NCBI GenBank assembly: GCA_013239625.1
Contig: MU053513.1
Span: forward strand, 2,220,927-2,284,926
DNA from: Lama guanicoe
Lineage: Eukaryota
DNA length: 64,000 nucleotides
Direction of reading: 5' to 3'
Shown here: positions 1-13,999 of the stretch, piece after piece
Numbering within the stretch: position 1 is the stretch's first letter
Layout: the number at the start of each line of letters is the position of its first letter
The notes under the pieces: generated by a model
The model's database searches: none
What the model was told of the DNA's origin: nothing
What the model saw: only the letters and a program-made list of their open reading frames with translations
Position numbers and translations under genes: made by a program

Positions 1-189
1 AAGGATGGGAAAAAAAAAGGAGAGAGGGAAAAATGTCAAGTGTGGGGGCACAGGAAGCCTCATGTGCTGTTGGTGGTAGTTTAGATGGAGCATCTATTTT
101 GGAGAGAGATCTGGCTTTGCTTTGTCAAATTAAATGTGCATATCTTTCCCCCAGTGATTTGCTCACAGAACCCTAGCTTTTTCTGGAAG

Positions 190-606
190 CAATGTTACCA
201 GCTATCAAAGACAAATAGTGACTGATCTTGGCTACTCTCATTAATCCTGTGCCCTTTGTCATGCCTGAACATGGCATGTGACCAAGCCCCAGATAATTAT
301 ACATAACAGGAAGTCTGCTACGAGGCCGCTAAGATTGTCTTCCTTGATATGCAAGGATGTGCTATTTGGTGCTTCAGCAGCCATCCTGCTCCAGTGAGAA
401 ACAACCTAGTATCTCAAAGCCAATATGCTGAGATGGCAGAAGAGGTGGACTCTTGGTCTTTGAAGATATCATTGAGTTTGCAAACAACCTTGAAACTACC
501 TTTCAGTGGACTGCTTGTCTTGCCAGGTAACTACATATCCTTAAGGTTTAAATCACTTTATTGGGAGTTTCTGTTTCTTTTGGGCAAAATTGTCCTTACT
601 GATGCA
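190..606 (+). mobile_element. Old MaLR LTR (MLT1-type)
   Basis: gcagccatcctg ... ccttaaggtttaaatcacttt ... tccttactgatgca, resembling an MLT1 3' end; subfamily uncertain. Confidence 0.6.
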
Positions 607-787
607 GTGCTCCAATGTTGGTTGAATGAATAAATAACTAATTGCTATAATCATCACAAAACAAACTGTTCATAGTCAGTCTTTATTTCCACAACCAGAG
701 AAGTTAAAGAGCTGGAGGACATAATGAAAGCAGCTAACATGATACTAAAATAGATTGGCTGGTTATGAAAACAGCTACCTCAGATTC

Positions 788-1202
788 TGTATCAGTTTCC
801 TAGGGCTGCCATAACATAGTACCACAGATCAGGTGGTTTAAAACAACTGAACGTTTCTCTCGTAGTTCTGGAGACTATAGGTTTGAAATATGTTCCCTCT
901 GAAGGCTCTGGGGAAGAATCCTTCCTTGCTTCTTCCTAGCTTCTGGCGGCTCCTAGCAACCCTGGGTTTTTAGTTGCCTTCCTCTATCATCTTACATGAT
1001 GCATCACTGTGTGTGTCCCTCTGTGTGCCTTTCTCTTCTTCTAAAGGTGTATGTAGTTTGATTTAGGAGTCCACCCGAATCCAGTATGCTTTCATCTTGA
1101 TCCTTATTTTGACTACACCTGCAACGACCCTCTTTTCAAAGGTCACATTCTGAGGTTCCAGGTGTTGAAGAATTTGGGGAGGACACCCTTCAATCCACCA
1201 CA
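788..1202 (-). mobile_element. MLT1B/C-like MaLR solo LTR
   Basis: tgtatcagtttcctagggctgccataaca ... ggtcacattctgagg ... caatccaccaca; TG...CA termini. Confidence 0.85.
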
Positions 1203-2259
1203 ATTCCAAACTATTTTATTTCATCTATAGCATGAATATCTGAATTCTAAATCTTCCATTTTATTATGACATTGATATTGTTATAGCCTTATTTGCAATT
1301 TAGCTAATATAAATCTGTTGTAAATAACATACAACTTCTTACTATGTCATCATTATTATAAGTCAATTCTACATTATGACACTTATATTGAATATAGATG
1401 CATTTATGATGATTCTCATTAAAGGACATCACTGCTCAAAATATTACAGACATGTAAGTGTACTGAAAAGCAAGCAAGCAAACAAATAAAAAGAATCACT
1501 TAAATAAAACTGACAAGATTTGACTTATTTAGCAATTTTGATTTCATGGTAATTCTTAATGAGGGCGTATGTTATTCTTCCCTCTCCCCATCTGAAGGTA
1601 ATCTCAAATTGTAGTTTGGAAAATTACTACTCATCTGGAAATTGTAACAGAAGATTCTAATGTAGAGAAGTTTGGAATTTATATTTTTAATATACAGTTA
1701 CTTCATCTATGAAATTACTTTGAGAAAAATTCCTTTAGTGATGCATTTTGTGTTGATTTCAAAATAATTTTTGCTCTTTGTTCCTTCACTTGTGTTCCTT
1801 AATTTTGATCTGATAAAAATAGAAGTGGGATGGGCAAATAAGCTGGGTCTTGTTTCCCTCCAGGCCAGCATTAAGTGCATTTCACAGCTCTTCTTGACAG
1901 GCTGACTACCAAAAGGTAATACATCTAATAGTTTCCTAATGTAAGCTCTGGACAAAGAGGTTATTTAATCATTGTTTTATTTTGCTTTTTTCATCCAGTG
2001 GCTTCCATTTATTAACTTAAATATTTCAACTGGCTGAAGTATTTGCGAGAGGGAAAAATCTCTGATTATTAAACTAAATTTGGCTAAATCAAGCAGGATG
2101 AGCAGACCATTTCTAGCACTGAGCAGCTGCTGCTTCCAGATATAAAGAGAGGGAGGAGTGTCAGTTATTCCTTTAAAAACCATGAAAAGGACTCATTTTT
2201 TTTCATGATAGTGCATGTGATATGTGCTTTTTGTAGAAAATTCAGAAAATCTTATTTTC

Positions 2260-2570
2260 CATCTCTGTCTGGCAAATTCCCATTTATCCTCTAGTTCTAA
2301 GCTCAAGTTCCTCCGAAAAGCATTCCCTGACTAGGTTAGCCTGCCCTAGTATGCGATGATGTCACCTGTACCTCTCCTTTGTTGAATTTACCACAATATT
2401 AAATAATTTGTATAATTATCTGTTTAACATCTGCCTTCTCTACTAAGCCTCAGTCCCATGAGGGCAGGGATCGTGTTGAGTTTATTCCCATCTGCAGTCC
2501 TACTTCCCAGCATATTCTCCAGCACAGAGTAGATGCTCAATGAGTGAACGAACAGATAAATGAATATTGA
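2260..2570 (+). mobile_element. L2 LINE 3' end
   Basis: ccatgagggcaggga ... cagcacagagtagatgctcaat ... aaatgaat. Confidence 0.75.
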
Positions 2571-2867
2571 ACACCCACAAGCTCAATACTCAGGACTAAA
2601 AACTGCTAACATTTTAGTGAGCTTCCTTATTACTTTCATCCAGTTTTTCACATGGTTGGGAGATCATCCCACATACAATTTCCTACACTGTCTTTTCACT
2701 TAATATTACTGAGTTTTTCTTTTAATGAATATTTATTTTTATTAGTGATGCTATAAAATCCATAATAAAACAAAAAAAGTTCAAGTAATACTAAAGAATG
2801 GAGAGTAAAAGCCCCCAAGACACCAGTCTTCGTCTCAGACATCCAGGGGAGGTCACGTTTAAGGGCC

Positions 2868-3307
2868 TGCAGTAGTTTCCTATGGCTGATGTAACAAATT
2901 ACCAAGAGTCAGCGGCTTAACACAATCAAGCCTATCATCTTATGGTTCTGGAGGTCAGAAGTCCAAAATGAGTTGGGAGAGCTGGGTTTCTTCTGTTGGT
3001 GCTAGGGGGGAGTCCATTTTCTAGTCTGTAGCTTCTTGAAGCTACTCACCTTCCTTGGCTGGTGGCCCTTCACCAATCTGACTATGGCTTCTGCCATCAC
3101 ATCTCCTTATCTTCTCTAACCCTCTTGCCTTCCTCTTATAAGGACCCCTGTGATTACAGTAGGCCAACCCAGATAATTCAATATAATCAACTCAAGATCC
3201 TTAATCATGTTTACAAAGTCCCTTTCTTCACATTAGGTAAACTCTGTCACGGATTCTAGGGATTAAGAAATGGACATTTTTAGGGAGCCATTATTCTGCC
3301 TACCACA
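2868..3307 (-). mobile_element. MLT1C/D-like MaLR solo LTR
   Basis: agtttcctatggctgatgtaacaaattacca ... tcttataaggacccctgtgattaca ... attctgcctaccaca. Confidence 0.85.
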
Positions 3308-4369
3308 GTCCCCTTCCAGCAAACACACAACTCCTTCCTCCCCTTCACACCACTCCAATATCTTCCTAACAGAGGCTTTCAGGATGTCCCACACTTTACT
3401 AAACATGGTTTAATTAAAATATCTATTAATGTCCTTGATACTTTGTAGAATCTCACAAGATGCTTAATGAATAAAAGTAATATACAATGGAATAAAAATC
3501 AACTGAAAAAAATCAGTTGCACTTGTAGGAAATCCTTAGTTCACAGAGAACTAAATTCTATCAATGACCTTTGTACCAATAGAACCAATGACTTCTTGAT
3601 TGACAAGGGAGGATTAAACTACTACGAAGATACCAGGGTTTACATCACTAAAGCATTCAGCATGACCTTCTGTCCAGGTCATAATGGCATTTTAATGACA
3701 ACACAGGATTTCCAAAAATGAGACTTTCAAGGGCACGTGCTCTACTCTTGCTTTGAAGCAATGTTATTCTGCATTAGTTCTGAAGCTAATGACAAGGTTA
3801 TGAGTTGGAAACTGATTACAGCATAACAATTATTAAGTGGCTCCCTGGAAGGAAAAAGAAAACTATTTGAGGCCAAACTCAAATGGGGCTTAAGGTGGGG
3901 CAAAATAAAAAACACAGTACTAAGAAATGATATAAATACACTGGAAAGAAATGCTTCTGATGCATTTTAATTGATTTTTTTCTATTTGTATTTTACTATA
4001 TATCTAATGTCCTTTTATTGAATACTATCTTGCCCAAAGAAACACTTTGGCTGTTGGATATGAAATGTTTCCAGCAAATACTTGTGGTGCTGATTGTTGT
4101 AGAAAACAGACTTGCCTGCAGCAATTAAATGATATAGCATAAAGCTCATTGCAAAAGCTCTCTCAGGGACCATGTTCTGATCCTGATTAAATTTATCCTT
4201 TCTACTTATTTATTTAGTAGTCACAGAGGTATTTATAATAAGCTAATACAAGTTTGTCTTCCAAATTGCTCTGGGTAAATGTTTAAACTAGACCTCACTT
4301 GTATATGAGTCCTAAACTGGGGTCCACTTCCAACTGAGTCTTAGGGAAAAAAAAAAAAAAAAAGAAAGA

Positions 4370-5150
4370 AACACTGCTATGCATTCAGTTGTACAAGTAA
4401 GATACCCAAAGGTCATCTTTGAAATTCTCTCTCCTACTTTCCAAATATAATCCATCATCATGTTCTGTTGATTGTAATCTTAAATTCTTACTGGTTATCC
4501 CCCTTTTCCATCACTCCACTCTTATTACTCTGGTTCAAGCTACCATCACTTGGTATAACAGTGGACTACTACATAGAGTGGACTGTAACAGCGACTTCCT
4601 CAATGCTCTATCTGCAGCCATTCTCCTCTTTGGAGCCACCATGATCTTTATCATTCTGAAGCTTTCCATGACCTGACCCTCAAGAATTTGAAGGGAGCTG
4701 GCACCTGCTTAGCAATGCAGTTTCATTTTGCAGCACTGTATCTTCTGTTCTTGAACTGCAAGCACAATGTCATTGGTCCCTAAAAAGTTCCTCTAATAAG
4801 GCAAGCTCCCTCTTCCATAGGTTCTTTGCAAGAGCTGTTCCCTCTGCCTTGAAATATCTTCCCTCCTCTCCATCCTTGCCTCAGTAACTCATTAATTTCA
4901 GCTCAGTCAGTTTCCTCAGGGAAACCAAACCTGGTGTTTCTTATAAGGTTGCATCCTCTACTAGGAACTCTCCTGTTAGACTTTTACATTTGCTTAAATG
5001 CTTCTACTAATAATGGCCACCTCCCTTGGATTACAAGCTCCGTGAAGGAAGAGCCTTGCTCAGTTTTTGCTCTTTCTTCTATTGCCTGTGATCAGCACAA
5101 AACCTGGTAAATAATTGATATTTAATAAATATCCACTGAGTGAATGAATA
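4370..5150 (+). mobile_element. L2 LINE remnant
   Basis: ctggttcaagctaccatcac ... aagctccgtgaaggaagag ... tgagtgaatgaat tail. Confidence 0.7.
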
Positions 5151-5329
5151 ACACAATGATGTTCTTGGTGCAGAAAAGAAGAGAGAAAAAAAGAATGAAA
5201 AAGAAGATATGGTAGGGGTAGAGGTAAGAGGAGAGAGCAAGCATGAACACTGATCCAACACAAGAGTCAATGGAGTCAATCTGAGTTATCAACTAATTGA
5301 AGAACAATAGTGAAAACAGTATGGATAAA

Positions 5330-5457
5330 CAAAAACACTAATTCTAAAAGATACCTGCACCCAATGTTTATAGCAGCACTATTTATAATAGCTAAGATAT
5401 GGAAGCAAGCAAAGTGTCCATTAGCAGATGAATGGAAAAAGAAGATATGAAATATAT

Positions 5458-5492
<35 letters not shown>

Positions 5493-5934
5493 GGAGTATT
5501 ACTCATCCATAGGAAAGAATGAAATTCTGCCATTTGCAACAATGTGGATGGACCTAGAGAATATTACGCTTAGTGAAATACATCAGAGAAAGATAAATAC
5601 TTTCTGATATAACTTGTATGTGGAATCTAAAAAATAATACAAATAAATGTATATAGAAAAATGAGAAGTAGACTCATAGATATAGAAAACAAATTAGCGG
5701 TTACCAGAGGGGAAAGAGAAGAGGGTGAAAATTAGGGGTAAGGTATTAAGAGATACCAACTACTATGTATAAAATAGATAAACAGCGAGGATATATTGCT
5801 TAGCACAGGGAATTATAGCCATTAACTGGTAATAACTTTTAATGGAGTATAATCTGTAAATATACTGAGTCACTATGCTGTATACCTGAAACTAATATAA
5901 TATTGTAAATCAACTATACTTCAAATAAAAAAAA
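5330..5934 (+). mobile_element. 5'-truncated L1 3' end (cetartiodactyl type) with internal (TA)n at 5461-5490
   Basis: ORF2 C-terminus (ccaatgtttatagcagcactattt, atgtggatggacctagag) and a 3'UTR ending gtaaatcaactatacttcaaataaaaaaaa. Confidence 0.9.
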
Positions 5935-6151
5935 GACTATAATAAACCCAGCATGGGTAACTTTACGGTGTACCTACTGTAAGTCTCAGGCACAAAAACT
6001 TTTATGAGAGAAGTCATGAATGTATACAGATGTGTGTAATTTTGATCTGATAATCAAATGCTTGTTTTCTCTTTTAGTTGCTAAGTCATTATTCACTTAA
6101 TGAATAACTGAATTGAATTCCAGTCTAAATGCAGACTCTGGTTAACAATTC

Positions 6152-6506
6152 TTTTTTTTAAACTGAGATATACATGACATAAATGTTGTATTAGTTTTAG
6201 ATGTACAACATAATAATTTGATATATGTATATGTTGCAAAATGATTACCATAGTAAGTCTAGCTAACATCCATCAACAAATGTTAGTTTTTTTTTTCTGG
6301 TGATGAGAAGTTTTAAGATCTATTCTCTCAATAACTTTCAAATTTTCAATACAGTATTTGTTAACTACACTCACTATTCCCAGGATTTATCTATTTTGTA
6401 AGTGGAAGTTTATACCTTTTGACTGTCTTCACTCCTTTTGCCTTCCTCCTACCACTTGGCCCCCTGCCTCTGGCAACCACCAATCTGTTCTTTATATTTA
6501 TGAGTA
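6152..6506 (-). mobile_element. L1MA9-like 3'UTR fragment with 13-bp target-site duplication
   Basis: T-tract then L1 3'UTR; flanks TGGTTAACAATTC (6139-6151) and TGGTTAAGAATTC (6507-6519). Confidence 0.85.
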
Positions 6507-6649
6507 TGGTTAAGAATTCCAACCAAATTTTAAACTATGTTATTTCACATATTAAAAAAAATTATTATTTCCCTTATTGAGTGGTATTTAAAACTGCTCA
6601 TGTGTCCTATGTTAAAGTCTAATGCTGGCTATCCCATACCTGAAAATCA

Positions 6650-8650
6650 GTGGTTCAATGAAAAAACAAAGAGAATAGAAAACTACTTCTTTAACATAAT
6701 ATGAGTATTTATCCTAATACAAGAGCTGATGATAGACTTAATGAAAATATGCTAAAGTAGTTCCTTTTAAAATGCAAATGAAACAAGAAAGTCTTCTACT
6801 ATCAACATTATTAATATTAAGCCATAATACAAGCTGTGAAAATGAAATACAAGGACTATTACTAGAAAAGAAGAGACAAAAAGATAATTTGCAGATAATG
6901 TTACCGTTAAACTAGGAAAGCCAAAAGAATTTGTCAAACAAAAGTTTTAAATAATTTTCAATATTAAAGTAATGAAATAATTCTTGTTAAAATAATGAAA
7001 GAACGGTGGACGCAAAATATGACCTGCATATCAACAATAACTGATCAGAACACATAATATTATAGATATCATTTACATATGCATTTCCTCCATAATGAAA
7101 AAGAAATCCAGTAAGAATAAAAACAAATGTTAAAAATGCTAGGAAGAGCTTAATTTAGTTACCTCTGACAAAGTTTTACTGAGAATTTTAAAAAGGAACC
7201 ACAAATAAATAAGAGACTTCTATATTCTTGGATGAGAGACTAAATATGATAAAGATGTCAGCTTTTCTCAAATTTATTATTTGTGTTTGTAGATTTTTTA
7301 TAATCTCACTAAAAAACCCAAATAGTATTATATTTTTATGAGTTGAAAAAATTATTATAAAATTCTGTTAGAAAATTACCAGGTGAAATCATCAAAGAAT
7401 TTTGTAAAATATGAAGTGTACTGAAATGGTTAGCCCTAATGGCCAAATATATAAGCATATTGAAAGCAACAATAATTAAAATAACATGGTCCTGGATCCA
7501 AAATAGACACATATTTTAATTGAACAGAACAGAGCCCCAAAATATTGTATTTCTTATAAGAGTTTAATGGAAGAGTTACGAGTCATTCAACAACAAAAAA
7601 GAGTTATGAGTCAATGGGAAAGGTAAGCAATATGTAGAAAATCATGCTGGATAATGAAATACCAACTTTGATAAAAGTAGTGATAGATCGATACAGCAAT
7701 GGCTCCCACGGAATCATGTCTCCCTGTTTCTACACCCTTGTGTCTCTGGGTATGGACACACCACAGAGTTTTGGGTGGTTTGCTATGCAACATCTTATAG
7801 AACATATAACATCTTATGGAACATACCAAATTTATTACAGATGTCTGAAGAGTTAAATGTAACATTAAAAGAAATTAAAACTTTTGATCTGAGACTTGAA
7901 TGAACTTGTGGCATTCAGGTGCAAGGCATGTTAGTAGTGTGCTAATTTTCTTGTCTTCTTAAGGGAAAACCTGAAATTTGGCTACCTAACATTAGAGATC
8001 TCACAAAGCGCAAAAGCAAAAGAAACAAATAAGAAGAAACGAGTGACAAGAGACTAGGAAAAGCAATAGAATAAAAAAATGGCAAAGGTCAGTGTCACTT
8101 CTTTATAAAGATATCATTTAAAATCATACATAAAACAAAGATAGGAACATAAAATTTACATCAAAGACATACAAATATTTTATAAACACAAAACATCATG
8201 TCTTGATAGTAATTAAAGAACTGGAAGTATAACAACCTGAAGCAACATTTTACACCAAAGAATTCAGAGGGAAAAAATGAGATAATTTGGTGTTAGTTTG
8301 TGTATTTTGATAGCACTGTAAATTTATATACTTTGGAAAGCAACATCACTGATAGCAACTAAACTTTTGATACCATTTGACTCGAGTCCTATTCTGGGAA
8401 AATTATCCAAAGAAAATAATTCATAAGTGTAAAAGCCAAATGCTTAAAGATACTCTTTACAATATTATTTTAATAGTAAAACGTAGAGACTTTGTATTGC
8501 CCAAAAGAAGTGCAATTACTTTGGCTGAGGCATCAATAAAGGACAGAATTCCATGTTACTATTAAATGTTTAAAATTATGAAGATTATGAAGCAGCATAA
8601 ATAACGTTTGTCATGCTAGATGCAAAGCAGAATTTATAACTGAATGTAAA
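6650..8650 (+). mobile_element. Highly decayed L1 (L1M/L1ME) ORF2-3'UTR, apparently interrupted by a short MLT-like piece near 7700-7800
   Basis: Recognisable ORF2 motifs (tttgcagataatg, tattcttggatgagagac, gaacagaacagagccc, ttctgggaaaattatccaaagaaaataat). Confidence 0.7.
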
Positions 8651-9039
8651 TAACGAACATAATGGAACTAATACACAAAATCTTATTAAATCCTCACTCT
8701 GAGAAATAGTTCTGTAATTACAGAAGAAACAAAAATTTAACTAATTTCTCCAAATTCATACTTTTAATAATGGACCCCAAGCCTGTTAGTTGCAACACTC
8801 ACCCATCTTTTCATTTACAAATGATCCAATTAATCACCTTTTTGTGCCCCAAAACTTACTCTTCCCACCACCTCATGCTTCAATGAACTGAACCGGCAGC
8901 ACTATGCAAAAAAGGAAACAACTTCTTAAAGTTTATGTGATCGCACGTTTTTATTCCTCACCTTTGAAAAAGGTTTTTAAACGTTGTACCTATTCTACAA
9001 TACAAAAACTGAAAATGGAGTTAAAGGTTCAACGTCCTG

Positions 9040-9560
9040 TATCCACCGTGCCCTAGCTACCCGGGAAACTCCAGGTCTGCGGAGGCGCGGACTTCTGAAG
9101 GCTGGGGAGGGGCTTGCCTCGAGGAGGCGGGGCAGGCGTCGCGAAAGAAAAAAAAAAGCCGTGCTGCTTTACGGCACTCGCCCCGCCCCTCCAGGTGCCG
9201 AAAGCTGAAACCGGCAAGTATGGTGGATTCCTGTTTTGTCAGCCAGGGTTTGACTGCCCTGGCAGCGTTTTTGCTTTTTCCGTTCGGCAGCTTGGCGGCT
9301 AGTCAGATCGAGGTAGGAGCTCGGCTCTGTCAGGGACTGGGTCCTGGTGGGGACAGCTGTGTAGTGGCTGTCTCGTGTGAGCGCCCAGCAGAAGGCCAGT
9401 GCACAGCCGCCGAGGGACGCCTCCAGCCTTTTCCTAGGCTCACTGGGCTGTGGGGAGGGTGTCCCTCTTAAGAGGTGAATTAAAAGAAGCAAGTCCTGGG
9501 AGGCGGGAGAAGGTGTGATCCTTTGCTCCGAGAAATGGGCAATCCCTAGCAGGTGAAGGG
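9040..9560 (+). promoter_or_regulatory. PIGK: CpG-island promoter and first-exon region of PIGK
   Basis: Abrupt GC/CpG-rich patch in an AT-rich background. GC boxes GAGGCGGGGC (~9124) and CCCCGCCCC (9181-9189); no clear TATA box. It overlaps the start codon, which has a strong Kozak context (aagtATGG). Confidence 0.85.
9220..9312 (+). CDS. PIGK: PIGK coding exon 1 (signal peptide)
   Basis: MVDSCFVSQGLTALAAFLLFPFGSLAASQIE, a hydrophobic signal peptide; donor GAG|gtagga, phase 0. Confidence 0.95.
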
Positions 9561-9719
9561 TCAGCACAAGACTGGAGCGCTTACTTTCCTGCTACTGAAC
9601 TACAGGAGTGGTTAGTACTTCCCTTTAATAGGAATCAGATGGGCTCGGTGTTTCATTTTTCGCTCACACGACGTTCTGGCCCTTTATAAAGCTTTTACGA
9701 TCCCCTGTACTCAGATAAT

Positions 9720-11520
9720 ACCTCAGTCCAGTTCTGCAGCCTGCATCTCTAGCATCATTTTTAAAGCCCGAATATCCAGCTGGCTAAGAGGCCTGGATAG
9801 TCAGCCGATATTTGAAAATTTGTGCCCCCAATTTTATTTTCTGCCTACCCCACCTCCTATGGGGTTGCTCGTAAGCTAGAAACCTGGGTTTTAAAAAATA
9901 ATCTCCTCTCTGTATCTCACATTTTAATCATCACTAAATTCTATGTTCTGAACTTTAGAAATTGCTTTCACCTCTCCAGTTCCACTGCAGGCCCGGGCCA
10001 TTTCTTGTCTAGACTATTGGAGTAGCTTTATCTTGTTTCCCACAGGCTTTCAAATTCCCCCCTCTAGTCTTCATCAAATGTAAACCTGATCAACTTATTT
10101 CTTTAATTGAATTCTTTCAATAATTTCCCATTGCATACAAAATACAGTTTAAACATCAGGATGTGGTCTCTGCCTACATTTCCAGTCTTCATATAGGAGA
10201 CCATTCTCCCGACCACCTCCAACCTAGAGCTTAGATGGGTGGACTCAAGACTTTTTGAATACACACCCCAACGAGTTACAAAAGATAGAGAGCACACACA
10301 CTCTCTCTGTCTAGTCATGAATTACTGCTAATTTGTATATTAAATATTTATAAAGCATGTTGTTTAGATACGATAAATGTCAATAGAAGTTCCATTTTCC
10401 TCCTTTGTTCTAGCAGATTATTTTGTATACATCATTTTGGTAGTACTCATACCACTACTTTTTTTTGTAGTTATGCAGTTGCTGCGTTTTGTTTTTTGTT
10501 TTTAACATTACCAGGTTTTAATCCTCCTGTTTCTTGTGTTTGCTCATTTACTAAGATGCGGCAAAAGCCTAACCTCCATAGGATCTTTCCCCATCCTTTA
10601 CCTTTGCCTTTACTGTTGTAATTTGTGCACTTAGCTAGTACAGCACTCATCTGTGGTAACCTGTGTATGCTTTGTACTCTCTATTATTCCTTCCATCATC
10701 TTTCACTTAGAGGGCAATAGCTCTCTAATTGATCTCCCTCAAGTCATTCTTTTTCCCTTCCAGTCTGTTCTCCAAGCTGCAGCCAGAGTAACTTTCAAAT
10801 TTGCAAATCTGATCATGTCATCCGTATACACCTTAATGTTGCTTTAAGGATAAAGAACTAAATCTTGGTTATGACTCATAAACAAGGCCTTGCATACTTT
10901 GGCTTCTGCCTGCACCTCCGGTTCTCTCTCTTTTTCAAAATTATAGTTATGCTAATTTTTCAGTTTCTTGAAAACTTAAAGCTTTCTTCTGTCATTAAGG
11001 CACATGTTCCCTCTGTCTAGAATTATCTTCCCTCTTATTATCTTTTGGATCCTAACCCAAATGTCACTTCTCTGGGGACAACTTCCCTGACATCCCTGCC
11101 CTCCCTGGTCTTCACGCCTCCCCCTTCCCAGATCAGGTCAGGTCCCCCTGTTACACTCTGTTATTTATGGTACTGGGTATCTTACCTTTATAGAATTTAT
11201 AGTTTGTCCTCATCTGCTTAATGTGTGCCTGTCAAATTGGATAGTAACCTCTTTGGAGGTAAGTACGATCACTGATTTTGCCCATCATATTTTGAGCACT
11301 GAGGACAGTGACTGGCACATGGTGCCCAATGAATGTGATAAATGAATGAATGTTACATTGTGTAAGGTGTTTGCTTGCTTGTCTTCTTTATTGAACTGTG
11401 GGATTCTTGAGAGAAAGCAGCATGTTTTTTAGTGATTTTTGGATCACTGTACATTACATGGTACCTGGCACATAATAGGTGTTCCACCAACTATATGTAG
11501 AATGAATGAATAACTTTGCA
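9720..11520 (+). mobile_element. Cluster of L2 fragments
   Basis: gctgcagccagagtaactttc, aaatgtcacttctctgggg, gtgactggcacatgg, tails aatgaatgaatg. Confidence 0.7.
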
Positions 11521-11599
11521 ATGTCTGTATTGTCTAAACAATCTAAAAATCACAGAAGTGTTTTGCCATCTCATTTCCCACTGACGTCTTAATGATGTA

Positions 11600-11780
11600 A
11601 GAATTTTGGAGCCGGAAGGGACATTAGAGATTACTGGGTCAACTCTCATTTCTATATGAAGAAGATCAAGTCTAAAGAGCTAAATGACTCACCCCAATCT
11701 CACAGCCAGGTGAGGGATAGGAGCTGGGCTAGAACCCAGATCTTCAAATTCCTAAACCACTGTAGCACATTGCTTTCTTC
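11600..11780 (-). mobile_element. MIR SINE
   Basis: ggaagggacattagagatta ... aaatgactcacccca ... gggctagaacccagatct. Confidence 0.7.
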
Positions 11781-12598
11781 AGTGTGATGACACACACACA
11801 CATTTGAGTGCATTTTTTGTTTTATTCTCCCTGAAATTTTCTTGCCAGCTGAAAATTACAGCTCCAGTCACCATTAAGCAGCTTTCCTAAGTTTACAAAG
11901 CTAGTAAGTAGTAGGGTCCAGATTTGAATCCAGGCAGTCTGACTATTCTAGTAATTAATACTATTTGGGAGCAGATCTGAGGTCATTATAGTTTATATTT
12001 ACTATTATTTTAATATATAATATTATATATATTAAATGTTCATTTATATTCATGTTCATTATCAGTCATGTTCATTCAGTGTCTGGTTGGTATTGGATGC
12101 TGAGGTTTGTAATGTTCCATGATAAATATAATTCAGACTTACTTTATTTAACAGGTTAGCAGAATGGTGCATGAAAGTATGCTAGAGAATGTGTCAGGTC
12201 AAAAGTATTGGTGAGTTCAAGTGAAATATTAGGAAATGCTCAGCACAAAATAGGAACGAATATTGAGTGAAATTTCAGCAGGAATGGTATTGTTATATGT
12301 AGAATCAAGACGTGAAATAAGTCATTCACAGTTTAAAGCTAGAAGCATATCAGGAAAAGTTGACAGTATTTGAGGTAAATGTTTGAAAAAAAAAAAAGTC
12401 CCTCTCCTAATAAGGCCCCCATCAAAAAATAAAACTGTTTTGTCCTTCATAAGGTCAAATAATAGTATATTTATACATTTACACAGTGATGACTTACTGT
12501 TATTACAACTTCATGAATCTTAACTGGCCTTTATCAGTATTTTTTCTGGGGAAATGTAGCTTTTTCTTCTAATCTTTTTGCTGTTATTTGACTAATAG

Positions 12599-12652
12599 GA
12601 TCAAGCAGAACAGTTCTTTAGAAGCGGCCATACGAACAACTGGGCGGTTTTG
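12599..12652 (+). CDS. PIGK: PIGK coding exon 2
   Basis: tag|GAT..., DQAEQFFRSGHTNNWAVL, donor TTG|gtaagt. Confidence 0.97.
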
Positions 12653-13999
12653 GTAAGTGTATTCTATAAGGGTGCACCTTGTTGTTTACATCAGATATGT
12701 GTCTGAGAAATTTTGTGTGAATCAAATTCTTGAAAGTAAAATTTTTATCTTATAACAGAGATTCTTTATTTCGATTGGGCTATATTTTATTGACCACATC
12801 AACTAATAATAATCTTTGTCTTTAGTATATCTGTTAAGTGGTGATGCATAAGTAAAAATAAAAATAAATTAGGGGTGCTGTTGTTAAGGGAAGCATTTTA
12901 TAAAGTGTAGAGTTATTTTAATGATGGAAGCTAGTAATTGTATTTCTTATCTATAACATTAGTTTATAGATACTCTCTACTTACGCTATTTTATTTTTTA
13001 ATTGCTTTTTTTTCTGTTTACAAAAACAAATGATCATTGTAGGAAATTTAAATTACACAGAAAAGTTTAGAAGAAGACAAATTAATTTTCATGTTACTTT
13101 GATTAAATAGAATAGTAACATGGGTTCATGACTCATTTTCTTGTTCTTTAGGAAAGAACACCTTTTATATGCTGCCCCTCACAAGGGATTTTATGAAGGT
13201 GTTGAACAAAAGCTGCGCATGTTAAGGATGATAGGCTTTCAGTGACCACTTAAGTTGGAGAAAACCATCAGGAGGCAGGCCATGATCCACCAAGATGAGA
13301 GGATAACTTGCTCTACAGGCAGTGAAGGGCACTTCCATGATTAGTGTCTCTGAAGGGATTCTTAAAAGAGGGAATAACTGCCTGTGTGCAGACAACTAAT
13401 TGCCAAGGGGCTCATCCTTAGAATAGGAGCCTATTAGCTTATACTACACACACATTAAAGTCTTCCTTGTTCGGGGAAACCTCTAACCAAGCCCCTCTCC
13501 AATCTCAGTAACCGAGATCTCAGTTGAGAAATAGAGGGTGAAAAAGAATTATTACTGAACATTTCACAACTGCAGTTTTCATATTTTGTGCAATATTTTA
13601 TACATTAACTCAGACTTAGTATAGTAAGACTTCATTAAATTGTGTTTTCTTAAATGGAAAATTATGAAATTTGATCAGGGACAAGTTAAAAGTGTAAAAC
13701 ATACATTTGTTTCAATGTTGTATAATTGAAATTTTAAAAAATATAAATGTTTTCCCCCTCATTTTGAATGAATTTGTTTTTAGTCTTGACTAGATGATCA
13801 GAGGTAAATGAAAGGCCCCTTTACTCTTGTAATATGATTGAGAAAACATGCCACCAGAGGGAGATAGAAGGAAAATTGAATTCCATTTTAGTCTCAGGAT
13901 CTGCTTTGAATAAAACATTTTTATCTCTGTTTAATAAAAAAACTTATAAAGATAATCCATACTCATGGTTAAAAAAATAATACTGATGGGTAGTGATTT

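Noticed and set aside
9169..9567. 132-aa antisense ORF and other ORFs over the promoter
   Set aside because: GC-rich CpG islands are stop-poor; no recognisable protein, and several start at non-ATG codons.
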